Shown here: positions 30,813 through 40,298 of the stretch, piece after piece | Numbering within the stretch: position 1 is the first letter of the stretch | Layout: each line of letters starts with the position of its first letter | Source of the DNA: Meiothermus sp. | Lineage (GTDB): Bacteria > Deinococcota > Deinococci > Deinococcales > Thermaceae | DNA: 64,000 bases | Direction: 5' to 3' | Assembly (NCBI GenBank): GCA_033762915.1 | Contig: JANRLD010000054.1 | Location: 1 to 64,000 of the forward strand | Notes under the pieces: generated by a model | Told to the model about the DNA's origin: nothing | What the model saw: the letters and a program-made list of their open reading frames with translations, nothing else | The model's database searches: none | Translations under genes and position numbers: made by a program

Positions 30813-31216
30813 GAGCGGATCGGGGTAATCGCTAGGGTGCAGCGCGAGATACAGACCAAGCGGCCCTGTTCATCCCGGATTTCGATGTTCCAGACGGCGG
30901 TCGAGCGCCCGCTGTGGAAAGGCGTAGCCACCGCGGTCACGGTGCCTGACTGCACCGAGCGCAGGTGGTTGGCGTTGATCTCGAGGCCAAAGCTGGTATG
31001 GCCCTCGGGCGCGGCCAGATAGGCCCCAATGCTGGCCACGGTCTCGGCCAGGGCCACGCTGGCCCCGCCGTGCAGGAAGCCGAAGGGCTGGTGGACCTTG
31101 GGGGTCACATCCATCTCGGCGATCACCTTCTCGGGCGAAGCCTCGAGGATGCGGATCCCCAGGGTGCTGACCATGGTCTCGCGGTCGTTGAAGATGTTCT
31201 GGTCTCGAGCAGACAT
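30809..31216 (-). CDS. Hotdog-fold thioesterase (PaaI/MenI-like)
   Basis: HQPFG.LHGGAS.ALAET.AS, GLEINANHLRS. Confidence 0.92.
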   Translation of the reverse strand: MSARDQNIFNDRETMVSTLGIRILEASPEKVIAEMDVTPKVHQPFGFLHGGASVALAETVASIGAYLAAPEGHTSFGLEINANHLRSVQSGTVTAVATPFHSGRSTAVWNIEIRDEQGRLVCISRCTLAITPIRS

Positions 31217-31263
31217 GCCCTATAGCCTAGTGCATTAACCGGGCGCACGACAGCGCGCCCCCC

Positions 31264-31836
31264 TCAGCCCTTCCAGCGACCCAGCAACACCAGCAGGCCG
31301 CGGTAGGCCATCGGGAGGATCAGGGCCAGGACCGTGAGGGAGCCAAAGGGCAGATCTCGAGCGGCCCACAGCAGGTAGACGAAGCCGAAGATGGCCCCGA
31401 AGGGGACCGAACCAAGCCCGGTCAGGCGGTCTTTTTTGAAGATAGCGAAGTAGACCCCGACCATCGCGGCCATCACCAGGGCGGCCTGCAGGGTTTGGGC
31501 CGTGAGGGCAAACAGGGCGAATCCCGCCGCCGCCGCCAGCCCACCGCCGCCGCGGAAGCCGAAGAACACTGGCCAGATGTGGCCCGAGACCACCGCGATG
31601 GCGCACAGCGGAGCGGCCCATTCCGCCCCGAAGCCCGACAGCCAGGCCGCCAGGGCGCCCTTGCCCAGCTCGAGCAGCAGCACCCCCATCCCCCACCCCA
31701 CCCCGACCTGCCGGAACACCCCCGAGGTCCCCGCGATGTCCCGCTCCCGGATGTCAAACCCGCGCAAGCGACCCACCAGGATAGGCACGTTGACCGAGCC
31801 CGCAAGGTAGGACAGGAAGATCAGAAGGAGTTCCAT
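31264..31836 (-). CDS. Glycerol-3-phosphate acyltransferase PlsY-like
   Basis: SYL.GS, DIR, GH.WPVF.GFRGG.G.A; motif 1 is divergent and motif 3 is not clearly present. Confidence 0.7.
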   Translation of the reverse strand: MELLLIFLSYLAGSVNVPILVGRLRGFDIRERDIAGTSGVFRQVGVGWGMGVLLLELGKGALAAWLSGFGAEWAAPLCAIAVVSGHIWPVFFGFRGGGGLAAAAGFALFALTAQTLQAALVMAAMVGVYFAIFKKDRLTGLGSVPFGAIFGFVYLLWAARDLPFGSLTVLALILPMAYRGLLVLLGRWKG

Positions 31837-31944
31837 TTGGTTTCGATGTTACACGCTGGAAAGGCGGCGGGAAAATGGCAAAAATACCTGTCGAGCACCG
31901 GCCCGCGGTTCGGGGTCCGGCCGAGGCCAGGGTAAGATACTCCG

Positions 31945-32955
31945 GTGAAAACGGTTCTGGTGACTGGCGCGGGCGGGTACATCGGCTCTATAACCAGCAG
32001 GCAGCTTTTGGCGGCGGGGTATCGGATCGTCGCGGCGGACAACTTCAGCCGCGGTTACCGCGAGCCCCTCGAGAAACTGGCGGCCCTCTACCCCGGCCGT
32101 CTGGTTGTCGAAGACCTGAACCTGGTTTTCGAAAGCCACAAGCTGTTCAACAAACACCCCGAGATCGGGGCGGTGATGCACTTCGCGGCCCTGCTCAACG
32201 TCGGGGAGAGCATGAAGATTCCCGTCGAGTACTTCAGCAACAACGTCGTGGGCACCCAGAACCTGCTCGAGGCCACTGTCGGCCACGGCGTGCGCCACCT
32301 GGTGTTCAGCAGCAGCTGCACCGTCTACGGCAACGCGCAGTACCTGCCCATAGACGAGGCCCACCCCATCTCCAAGCCCGAGAGCGTCTACGGGCAGACC
32401 AAGCGCATCTGCGAGGACATCCTGGAGTGGTACGACCGGCTGGGCAAGCTGCGCTACGCGGCCCTGCGCTACTTCAACGTCTGCGGTGCGACCGATGACG
32501 GCGAGTTCGGCGACTCCAAGCGCCCGTCGTTCCACCTGATGCAAAACGCCGTGCGCGGGGCGTTGGGTCTTCAGCCCTTCAGGTTCAACTACGCCGCCGT
32601 GAACACCCCCGACGGCTCGCCCGTCCGCGACTACGTCAACGTAGTGGACCTGGCCGACGCCCACGTGGCCGCCCTGGCCTACCTCGAGCGCACCGACACC
32701 ACTCAGGCCTTCAACCTGGGCACCGGCACCGGCAACAGCGTGCTGGAGATCGTGAACAAGGTGCAGCAGATCACCGGCAGGCAGTTCGAGGTCGACAGCG
32801 ACCCCGACCGCCGCACCGGCGAGGCCGACAAGATGGTGGCCAACTACGCCAAGGCCCGGGAGCTGCTGGGCTGGGAGCCCCGGCGCAGCCTCGAGCAGAG
32901 CGTGCAGAGTCTGGTGACGTGGTACGGCAAGTATCCTGGCGGCTGGCGCAGGTAA
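31945..32955 (+). CDS. galE: UDP-glucose 4-epimerase
   Basis: TGAGGYIGS, HFAA...VGES, FSSS.TVYG, YG.TK, LRYFN, PDG..VRDY. Confidence 0.93.
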   Translation: MKTVLVTGAGGYIGSITSRQLLAAGYRIVAADNFSRGYREPLEKLAALYPGRLVVEDLNLVFESHKLFNKHPEIGAVMHFAALLNVGESMKIPVEYFSNNVVGTQNLLEATVGHGVRHLVFSSSCTVYGNAQYLPIDEAHPISKPESVYGQTKRICEDILEWYDRLGKLRYAALRYFNVCGATDDGEFGDSKRPSFHLMQNAVRGALGLQPFRFNYAAVNTPDGSPVRDYVNVVDLADAHVAALAYLERTDTTQAFNLGTGTGNSVLEIVNKVQQITGRQFEVDSDPDRRTGEADKMVANYAKARELLGWEPRRSLEQSVQSLVTWYGKYPGGWRR

Positions 32956-33052
32956 GACCACCACAACGAGCCCCACCCCGATGTCCGCCGCAGCATCCGC
33001 GCCTCATACGCCCCATCCCCGGGCCGCCGAAATAGCGGGTACAATAAGCCCC

Positions 33053-34210
33053 ATGCGTATTCTGCATACAGCAGACTGGCACCTGGGCAAAATACTTAAA
33101 GGGCGCGAACGGACGGCGGAGGTTCGGGAGGGTCTGCAAGGGCTGCTGGGGCTGGCGAGGTCGGAGCGGGTAGACCTGGTGGTGGTGGCGGGCGACCTCT
33201 TCGACCGGACGCTGGTCTCGGCCGAGGCCGAGACGGCCGCATTCGAGTTCTTCCTGGGGCTCCGCGAGGCGGGGATTCCAGCACTGGTTATCGCGGGCAA
33301 CCACGACAGCCGTGAACGCATGGAGGCGCTGGCCCCCCTGCTCTCGCTCACCGGCGCCACCGTCTACGGCGACGTTCGCTTCGCGGGCAGTGGCGGGGTG
33401 GTGCGGTCTGGCGAGGCCCGCGCGGCCCTGATGCCCTTCCTCTCCGAGCGGCGGCTGGTCAGGGCCAACAGCCTGCTCGAGGCCGACTCTGCCGCCTGGA
33501 AGGGCGAGTACGGCGAGGGCATGAGCCGGATTTTCCGCAACCTCGCCACCGCCTTCGCGCCCGAGGCCATTAACCTGTTCGTGGCCCACCTGACCGTGGA
33601 GGGCTCCCGGCTGGGCGGCGGCGAGTTCACCTTCCACACCACCAACAGTTACGCGGTGCGCCCCACCGACTTCCCGCTCACCTCCAGCTACGTGGCGCTG
33701 GGCCACATCCACCGCCAGCAGCAGGTCGGCGAGGCCCCGGTGGCCTGGTACCCCGGCTCGCTGATCCAGCTCGACTTTGGCGAGGGCGAGGACGCGCCGC
33801 GTGGTGCCCTGCTGGTTGAGCTCGAGGCCGGCCTGGTCCCCCGCGTCCACCCCATCAACGAGCGCTGGGGCCGCCCCCTCAAGACCTTCCGCGTCACCCG
33901 CGACTCCCTCGACCGCCGCTGGGAGGAGATCGCCGGCTTTGGGGGCTACGCCAAGATCGTGATCGAGGGCAAGGGCAACCCGGCCCTGCGCGAGCGGCTG
34001 TTCAAGGAGATACCGGACTTGCTCGAGGTCGAGTTCCACGTCCCCGAGACCGAGGAGGGCGCAGTGCAGGCCGCCACGGCCGAGAACCTGGACTGGACGC
34101 AAGCGTACGCCCAGTACCGGCTCTTGGTCAGCGAAAAAGAACCCTCCAAGGAGCTGTTGGCGGCGTTCAGGGAAGTGTTTGAGGAGGCGGTCGAGTCGGT
34201 GGGCGGGTAA
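33053..34210 (+). CDS. sbcD: Nuclease SbcCD subunit D
   Basis: MRILHTADWHLG, AGDLFD, AGNHD, ALGHIH; TACAAT -10 box 7 nt upstream. Confidence 0.95.
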   Translation: MRILHTADWHLGKILKGRERTAEVREGLQGLLGLARSERVDLVVVAGDLFDRTLVSAEAETAAFEFFLGLREAGIPALVIAGNHDSRERMEALAPLLSLTGATVYGDVRFAGSGGVVRSGEARAALMPFLSERRLVRANSLLEADSAAWKGEYGEGMSRIFRNLATAFAPEAINLFVAHLTVEGSRLGGGEFTFHTTNSYAVRPTDFPLTSSYVALGHIHRQQQVGEAPVAWYPGSLIQLDFGEGEDAPRGALLVELEAGLVPRVHPINERWGRPLKTFRVTRDSLDRRWEEIAGFGGYAKIVIEGKGNPALRERLFKEIPDLLEVEFHVPETEEGAVQAATAENLDWTQAYAQYRLLVSEKEPSKELLAAFREVFEEAVESVGG

Positions 34211-34218
34211 GGCAAGCG

Positions 34219-34347
34219 ATGGGCCGTCTTGAAACACATCTGACTGAAACCGTGGTCACCTTAAGGAGGCGGATTTTGCCGACCAAGAGTCTATTGCCGT
34301 GTACGGGTTGCCCACTTCGCGTGGGGAGTGAGCGTTTAACCTTATGA
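34219..34347 (+). CDS. Possible 42-aa small ORF filling the sbcD-sbcC gap
   Basis: ATG 34219 is open to TGA 34347, which overlaps the sbcC ATG (ATGA). Contains CTGC; internal AAGGAGG precedes a TTG. Confidence 0.3.
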   Translation: MGRLETHLTETVVTLRRRILPTKSLLPCTGCPLRVGSERLTL

Positions 34348-37061
34348 GACCCCTCAAACTCAGAATCGAAGGCTTTGGAGCCTACCAAGAATCCGTCGAG
34401 GTCGGCTTCGACGACGTGGAGCTGTTCGCCATCACCGGACAGACCGGCGCGGGCAAGAGCACCCTGCTGGACGCCATCACCTATGCCCTGTACAAGGCTA
34501 CGCCGCGCATCGGCTCGACGGGGTTCCGCGAGCTCAAACACCCCGCCGCCGAGATGGCCCGGGTCGAGCTGACCTTCGCGGTGGGCGAGCAGAGCTGGCG
34601 GGTGGTGCGGGTGGTGGGCAAGGAGAACCAGAACCGCCTGGAGTACCTCGCGGGCGGCGAGTGGCGCAGCCACGCCGCCTCGGAGAAGGTGGCCTCGCTG
34701 GACAAGAAGCTCTCCGACGTGGTGGGGATGGACTACGAGACCTTCACGCGGGCCATCCTGCTGCCGCAGGGGCAGTTCGACCTGTTCCTGCGCGGCTCGC
34801 CCAGGGAGCGGCGCGACACCTTGATTAAGCTTTACGGCCTCGAGTCGCTCAGGGTCATGCGCGAGAAGACCCGGGAGCGGTTGGAGGGCTTCAGGGAGCG
34901 GAGCGCCGAGCTGCAGGGTGAGCTGGGCGCGCTGGCCGAGGCCGAGGAAGGCAAGATCTCCGATCTGCGCGAGGGAATCGAGCGCCTGGGACGGGAGGAA
35001 CAAGGCCTGGCCCTCCGGGCCGAGGCCGCGCAGAAGACGCTGGGCGAGCTCGAGACCCGCTTCGCCCGCTTTGGCGAACTGGAGAACCTGCGCCGCCGCC
35101 GGGGCCGCTGGGAGGCCGAGCGGGCCGAGGTCGCAAAGATTTCCGAGCGGCTGCGCCTGGCCGAGCGGGCCGAGCGGGTCTGGCCGCAGCTCGAGAGCCT
35201 CGAGAAGGCCGCCCAGGAGAGCGCCTCGGCCCAGCAGGAGCTAAACCGGGCCCAGTCCGAGGACCGCCGCCTGGCCGCCGAACTGGACCGGGCTCGAGAG
35301 GGTTTCGACCCTGGGGCGCTGGACGCCCTGCGGTTCGAGCTGGCCCAGCTCCCCGAACTCGAGCGCCTCGAGGCCCGCCTGAAGCGCTACGGGGGCGGCC
35401 TCGAGACCCGCCACCCCCAGCCCCTGCCCTTCGACGAAGACCGCCTGGACGCCCTGCGCGACGCCGAGCGGCTGTTCGGCGAGGCCGACAAGGCCGCACA
35501 GCGGGCCAGGCGGGCCGAGCTTAACTTCAAAAAGGCGGTGGAGGACGAGAAAGAAGAGCAGCGCAGGTTCGAGGCCCTGAGCGCCCAGCTCGAGGCCATC
35601 AAGGCGGCGGGCATCCGCGACAAGGAGGCCCTTGAGCAGGCCAGGGCAGAGCTCGAGGCCGAGCGGCTGCACCAGGGCATCGCGCAGTTCCACGGCAGCC
35701 TCAAGGCCGGGGAGATCTGCCCGCTGTGCGGCCAGACCGTGGCCACCGTACCGCCGCCGCAGGCGCTGGCCGATGTCCAGGCCATGCAGGCCGAGGTGGC
35801 CCGTCGGGAGGGCGCGCTGAGTGAGTCAAGGGCCGACTACAAGGCCAAGACCGACCTGCTCAAAGACCTCAAGGAGCGCCTGCCCCGGCTGCTCGAGCAA
35901 ATCCAGACCCAGCAGGACGAGGACCAGCGGGCCCGCGAGGACTTAGAGGCCCTGCGGGCCAGAACCGCCAGCCTGGGCACACCCGAGCAGGCCACCGACG
36001 AGCGCCTGCGGCGGCTGGCCGGGCTGGCCGAAGTGATCCGCAAGGCCACCGCGGGCCAGCCAGTCCGGGCCTACGGCGATGGCCTGCAGGCCCGGCTCAA
36101 GCAGTCCGAGGCCAGGGCCAGAACCATCGCCGACCTCGAGGCCGGGCTGACCGAGTCCAGGCGCCAGGTCGAGCGCCTTTCCGACCGGGCTAAGGATCGC
36201 CAGGGCTTCAAAGAGGGGCTGGAGGCCTCGGTTACCGTGCTGCTCTCCGAAGCGCAGTTTGACAGCGCCCAGTCGGTCAGGGCCGCCCGCCGCAGTCCAC
36301 AGGAGGTGGCCGCACTCCAAGCCAAGCAGACCCAGCACGAGCACGAAGGGATCGAGATCGCCTCTGAGCTTAAGCGGCTCGAGGCCGAGCTGGGCTCGCA
36401 GGACCCGGTGACCGAAGCCGCCGTGCGCGAGGCCAGGGAAACCCTGGCCAGCCTCAAGCACTCCGTCGCCGCCCACAAGGAGCAGATCGGGCGCACCAAG
36501 GCCGACCTCGAGCGGCTGCAGGCCCAACTGGTGCGCAAGCGCGAGGTGCTGAAGAAGAAGGCCGAGCTCGACCAGAAGACCGACCTCTGGGAGCAGCTCT
36601 TCGCCGACCTTAAAGGCGACCGATTCCAGGACTTCTTGCTCGAGCGCTACCAGTCTGGGCTTCTGGGACGGGCCTCCGAACTCATCAAGACCCTTTCGCA
36701 AAACCGCTATACCCTGCGCCTCGACGACGGCGAGTACAAGGTGCTCGATCGCTGGAACGACGCCCTCCGCCCGGTCCGCACCCTCTCCGGCGGCGAGAGC
36801 TTCATGGCCAGCCTGAGCCTGGCGCTGAGCCTGTCCGAGCACCTATCCCGGGGCCGGATTGGGGCGCTGTTTCTGGACGAGGGCTTCGGCACCCTGGACG
36901 CCGAGACCCTCGAGCAGGTCGCTGGGGTGCTCGAGGCCCTGCCCACCCAGGGCCGCCTGGTCGGCATCGTCACCCACGTCGAGGCGCTGGCCGAGCGGCT
37001 CCCGGCCCGGCTGCTGGTCGAGAAGTCGCCCGCCGGAAGCAAGGTAAGCTGGCGGGATTAA
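34344..37061 (+). CDS. sbcC: Nuclease SbcCD subunit C (SMC-like ATPase)
   Basis: Walker A GQTGAGKS, LPQGQF, Zn-hook CPLCG, LSGGE, LFLDEGFG.LD. Confidence 0.95.
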   Translation: MRPLKLRIEGFGAYQESVEVGFDDVELFAITGQTGAGKSTLLDAITYALYKATPRIGSTGFRELKHPAAEMARVELTFAVGEQSWRVVRVVGKENQNRLEYLAGGEWRSHAASEKVASLDKKLSDVVGMDYETFTRAILLPQGQFDLFLRGSPRERRDTLIKLYGLESLRVMREKTRERLEGFRERSAELQGELGALAEAEEGKISDLREGIERLGREEQGLALRAEAAQKTLGELETRFARFGELENLRRRRGRWEAERAEVAKISERLRLAERAERVWPQLESLEKAAQESASAQQELNRAQSEDRRLAAELDRAREGFDPGALDALRFELAQLPELERLEARLKRYGGGLETRHPQPLPFDEDRLDALRDAERLFGEADKAAQRARRAELNFKKAVEDEKEEQRRFEALSAQLEAIKAAGIRDKEALEQARAELEAERLHQGIAQFHGSLKAGEICPLCGQTVATVPPPQALADVQAMQAEVARREGALSESRADYKAKTDLLKDLKERLPRLLEQIQTQQDEDQRAREDLEALRARTASLGTPEQATDERLRRLAGLAEVIRKATAGQPVRAYGDGLQARLKQSEARARTIADLEAGLTESRRQVERLSDRAKDRQGFKEGLEASVTVLLSEAQFDSAQSVRAARRSPQEVAALQAKQTQHEHEGIEIASELKRLEAELGSQDPVTEAAVREARETLASLKHSVAAHKEQIGRTKADLERLQAQLVRKREVLKKKAELDQKTDLWEQLFADLKGDRFQDFLLERYQSGLLGRASELIKTLSQNRYTLRLDDGEYKVLDRWNDALRPVRTLSGGESFMASLSLALSLSEHLSRGRIGALFLDEGFGTLDAETLEQVAGVLEALPTQGRLVGIVTHVEALAERLPARLLVEKSPAGSKVSWRD

Positions 37062-37113
37062 GGTCTGCTGTGGCGCTGCGAAGCGCCGCCCCTGTGGAGC
37101 CCTCGGCCGCCGC

Positions 37114-38343
37114 TCACGCCGTGTGGCGCATGGCCTCTACGGGCTGCAGGCGGCCGGCCAGCCAGGCCGGCCACAGCGCGGCCAGAATGGCGGTGGCCAG
37201 GACGAAGGCCAGGGTGATCAAGACTTGCTCGAGGGTGATGGCCCCGTACATCACCAGAGGCGTACCAAACTCGGCATAGGACTCAGCGTTGGGCAGCGAG
37301 AAGCCCCGGCTCATGCGGGAGATGATGCCCAGCCCCAGCACAAAGCCCACCAGCCCCCCGCTCCACACCAGCACCAGGCTCTCTAAAACGACCATCTGCA
37401 TCACCTTCCAGCGGGTGGCTCCCAGCGCGATGATGGTTCCGAACTCGCCAATGCGCTCGGTCAGCCCCAGGTAGATGGTGTTGACCAGCAGCAGCCCGGC
37501 CAGCAGGAAGAACAGCGCGTCGAACAGGAGGATGGTCGGGTCGATAATGCCGATGTAGCTGGCCATGCTGGGGTTGGCCTCGCGCCAGTGCTCCACCGAC
37601 AGCGCCCCGCCCAGCCTCGAGGCGATTTCGGCCCTTAGGGGGTCAATCCTCACCTCGTCCACCAGGCGGCGCAGCCCCGGCAGATACACCTGGAACTCGG
37701 TCGTGGCGCCCGGGACGGTGAGCGCCTGGGCGGCGGGCAGCGGCAGGTAGGCGAAGCGGGCCTCGAGCGACTGCTCGGGCAGGTCCAGCAACCCCACCAG
37801 CCGGTAGGCCATCGCCCCCGCCCCCCCGGTGCCCGGCGCGAAGGCATACACGGTTTCACCCAGCCGCACGTCCAGGGCCTTGGCCAGGGCCTGCCCCAGG
37901 GCGATCTCGTCCAGCGCCTCGGCGTCGGGCAAGCGGCCCTCGCGCAAGTAGCGTTCACCGAACCGCTGGAGCTGGCCCGCCGGGGCACGCTCGCCCAGCA
38001 GACCGACCCCCCTCGAGCGCTCTTCGCCCGCCAGCAGCGCGGGCACTTCCAGCAGCGCCTTGACCTCGGCCCCCTGCGCCACGGCTCGCAAGGTACTCTG
38101 AACCGATCCGGCGTCCCGGATCAGCAGGCGGTCGAACTCGCGGATGTCGCGGTAGCCCTTCACCCGCACCGAGATGTGTCCCGCGCCCTCGGTGAGGCGC
38201 TGGAACAAGCCGTTCTTGAAGGCTTCCAGCAGGCCGAAGTAGGCCAGCGCGGAGGCCACCACAAAGGCCACCACCGCCGCCGTGATCAGGCTGCGCCCCC
38301 TTTGCCGCCAGATGTTGCGCCAGGCTAAGGCCCACATGCTCAC
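37114..38343 (-). CDS. ABC transporter permease, FtsX/MacB/LolE family
   Basis: LAWRNIWRQ..RS, ER..EFG...ALG, PA..A.RL.PVEAMR. Confidence 0.9.
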   Translation of the reverse strand: MSMWALAWRNIWRQRGRSLITAAVVAFVVASALAYFGLLEAFKNGLFQRLTEGAGHISVRVKGYRDIREFDRLLIRDAGSVQSTLRAVAQGAEVKALLEVPALLAGEERSRGVGLLGERAPAGQLQRFGERYLREGRLPDAEALDEIALGQALAKALDVRLGETVYAFAPGTGGAGAMAYRLVGLLDLPEQSLEARFAYLPLPAAQALTVPGATTEFQVYLPGLRRLVDEVRIDPLRAEIASRLGGALSVEHWREANPSMASYIGIIDPTILLFDALFFLLAGLLLVNTIYLGLTERIGEFGTIIALGATRWKVMQMVVLESLVLVWSGGLVGFVLGLGIISRMSRGFSLPNAESYAEFGTPLVMYGAITLEQVLITLAFVLATAILAALWPAWLAGRLQPVEAMRHTA

Positions 38344-38347
38344 TCCT

Positions 38348-39559
38348 TTACTGCATCCGCATGGCCTCGGTGGGCTTAAGCCGCAGCACCCGCCGGGCAG
38401 GGATCAGTATCGAGAAGACTGCGGCCAGAAGGATGGTAAGGGTGGCGTAGAGGCCGTATACGGGGCTGGGGTCGGGGTAGATCTCGGAGGTGAGCCCTGC
38501 CGCCGGGAAGGCCCCAATCAGCTCTCGCATAATCGGCCCCAGCACGTTGTGGGTGGCCATATAGCCGATCAGTGCGTAGGCCACCACCAGCCCCAGCAGC
38601 CAGCCCAGGAAGGTGGTTAGAACCGACTCGAGCGTGACCATCACCGCCAGCCCCCTCGGCGAAAGCCCCACCGCCACGATAATGCCGAACTCTCGAGTAC
38701 GCTCGATTACGCTAACCAGCACCGCGCTCGTCACCGCGAACGCGGCCACCAGGCCGAAGAGCAGACCGAACAGGGGTACGAACTGGTTCTCGAGTTCGAT
38801 GTCAGTCCGGATGGCCCCCAGCAGGTCCCATATCCCGCTGGTCTGAAGGTCGTGCGGAAGGCGCTTCTGGATGGCTTGGGCGGTCGCCGCCTCCCGGCCC
38901 CAGGGGACGCTCAGCGCGACCGAGGTCGCGGTCGTGACCCCGGTCAGGGCGCGGGCCTGCTCGAGGGAGATCAGCACCGCCGACTCGTCGAGGTTGGGCA
39001 TGTAGACCCTGAGCAGACCCACCACCCGCAGCCCGGCGGCCTGAGGCCCGGCTAGAGCGGCCGTGTCCAGCACCAGACGCTCGCCCACCCGCACGTCGAG
39101 TCGCTCGGCCAGCTTGTACCCCAGCACCGCCTCGCCCCTGCCCCGAATCCAGCGCCCCTCGCCGACGCCCGTGGGCAGCCGGCTCACCCGGCCCTCGGTG
39201 GCCGGGTCGACCCCCCGCACCAGCACCCCCTCGGAGGCGTAGGCCGAGCGAACCAGGGCGGGGAAATCCAGGCGCAGCGTGAAGGCGCTCACCTGGGGAT
39301 GCTGCAGTGTCTCGAGGAAATCCAGGTTGGGCAGGGCGTGGGTGGGGTCGGGGTCGTCGGCCCAGGCCCGGCTCGAGACCTGCACAGAGGCCGAAACGTA
39401 GAGCGCGTTGGCCCGCACCGCGCCGTCGTTGGCTCCGTTGTTAAAGCTCCACAAGAACGCGATCATAAACGTGGCATAGGCCACCACCAGCACCAGCAGT
39501 CCGGTGCGGGTCTTGTGCCGCCAAAGGTTGCGCCAAGCCAGCCGCAGCAGGGGGGTCAC
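38348..39559 (-). CDS. ABC transporter permease, FtsX/MacB/LolE family
   Basis: LAWRNLWRHK.RT, ERTREFG...AVG, PARR..RLKP.EAMR. Confidence 0.9.
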   Translation of the reverse strand: MTPLLRLAWRNLWRHKTRTGLLVLVVAYATFMIAFLWSFNNGANDGAVRANALYVSASVQVSSRAWADDPDPTHALPNLDFLETLQHPQVSAFTLRLDFPALVRSAYASEGVLVRGVDPATEGRVSRLPTGVGEGRWIRGRGEAVLGYKLAERLDVRVGERLVLDTAALAGPQAAGLRVVGLLRVYMPNLDESAVLISLEQARALTGVTTATSVALSVPWGREAATAQAIQKRLPHDLQTSGIWDLLGAIRTDIELENQFVPLFGLLFGLVAAFAVTSAVLVSVIERTREFGIIVAVGLSPRGLAVMVTLESVLTTFLGWLLGLVVAYALIGYMATHNVLGPIMRELIGAFPAAGLTSEIYPDPSPVYGLYATLTILLAAVFSILIPARRVLRLKPTEAMRMQ

Positions 39560-39892
39560 GGCACCTCCTTCACCAAAGCGGGCGTTCGCCCTGGCTGGAG
39601 TAGACCTCGAGGGAGTTACGGGGGCATTACCTCTGGCCCATCGGGGCTGCGTGGGATGGAGAACCTACCTGCCAGCACCCGCTTCCCACCAAGGCGGCCG
39701 TACACCCCAACCCACGCCCCAAAGACAGAGCGGCCCTCACAAACCTGGGTGTGGCGGTGTGCGGTACCGGATACATCGCGGCGCTCCGCTTCTGGCCCCA
39801 AGGGCGGGAAACACGACCAGACCCAGCGGTGCCTGTCGTGTAATGGCTGGGTAACACTCAAGGTCTAGGGTGAGCCACCTAAGGAGGTAGTT

Positions 39893-40099
39893 GTGCCTCA
39901 GCCCAAGATAGTCTGCCAACACTGCGGGGGAATCTTCTCGGTAGGGGGTTTCGACTTCCCCGACCGGGAGACCCTCGAGGACAGCGACCTGCTGGACGTG
40001 CGCAGCTTCTGTCCGCTGTGCGAGAAGGAGAACATCTGGAACAAGGATGACGTGGTCAACACCCTCGAGTTCTCCAGAAAACAACTGGTCGTGCCCTAG
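39893..40099 (+). CDS. Small zinc-ribbon-like protein (68 aa)
   Basis: Strong TAAGGAGG RBS; CQHC and CPLC pairs; host-like codons. Confidence 0.7.
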   Translation: MPQPKIVCQHCGGIFSVGGFDFPDRETLEDSDLLDVRSFCPLCEKENIWNKDDVVNTLEFSRKQLVVP

Positions 40100-40298
40100 C
40101 ATCGGCTTTCGGCTAGTGCGGATGAACTGGGCACCCTGGAGGCCTGGGACGTGCTGGGGGTGACGCGGGAAGAACTCACCCTGGAACAAGAAGCAACCCT
40201 AAGGTCGAGTGTTTCCAGCCTCGAGCTATGGGTTGAGTTTAGTGGATGGTCACAGATGAAGGAGCGTTCGCGCAGCCCACAGGCTAACTGGGCAAACC

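Noticed and set aside
39560..39890. Riboswitch upstream of the permease pair
   Set aside because: No conserved aptamer motif or terminator recognised.
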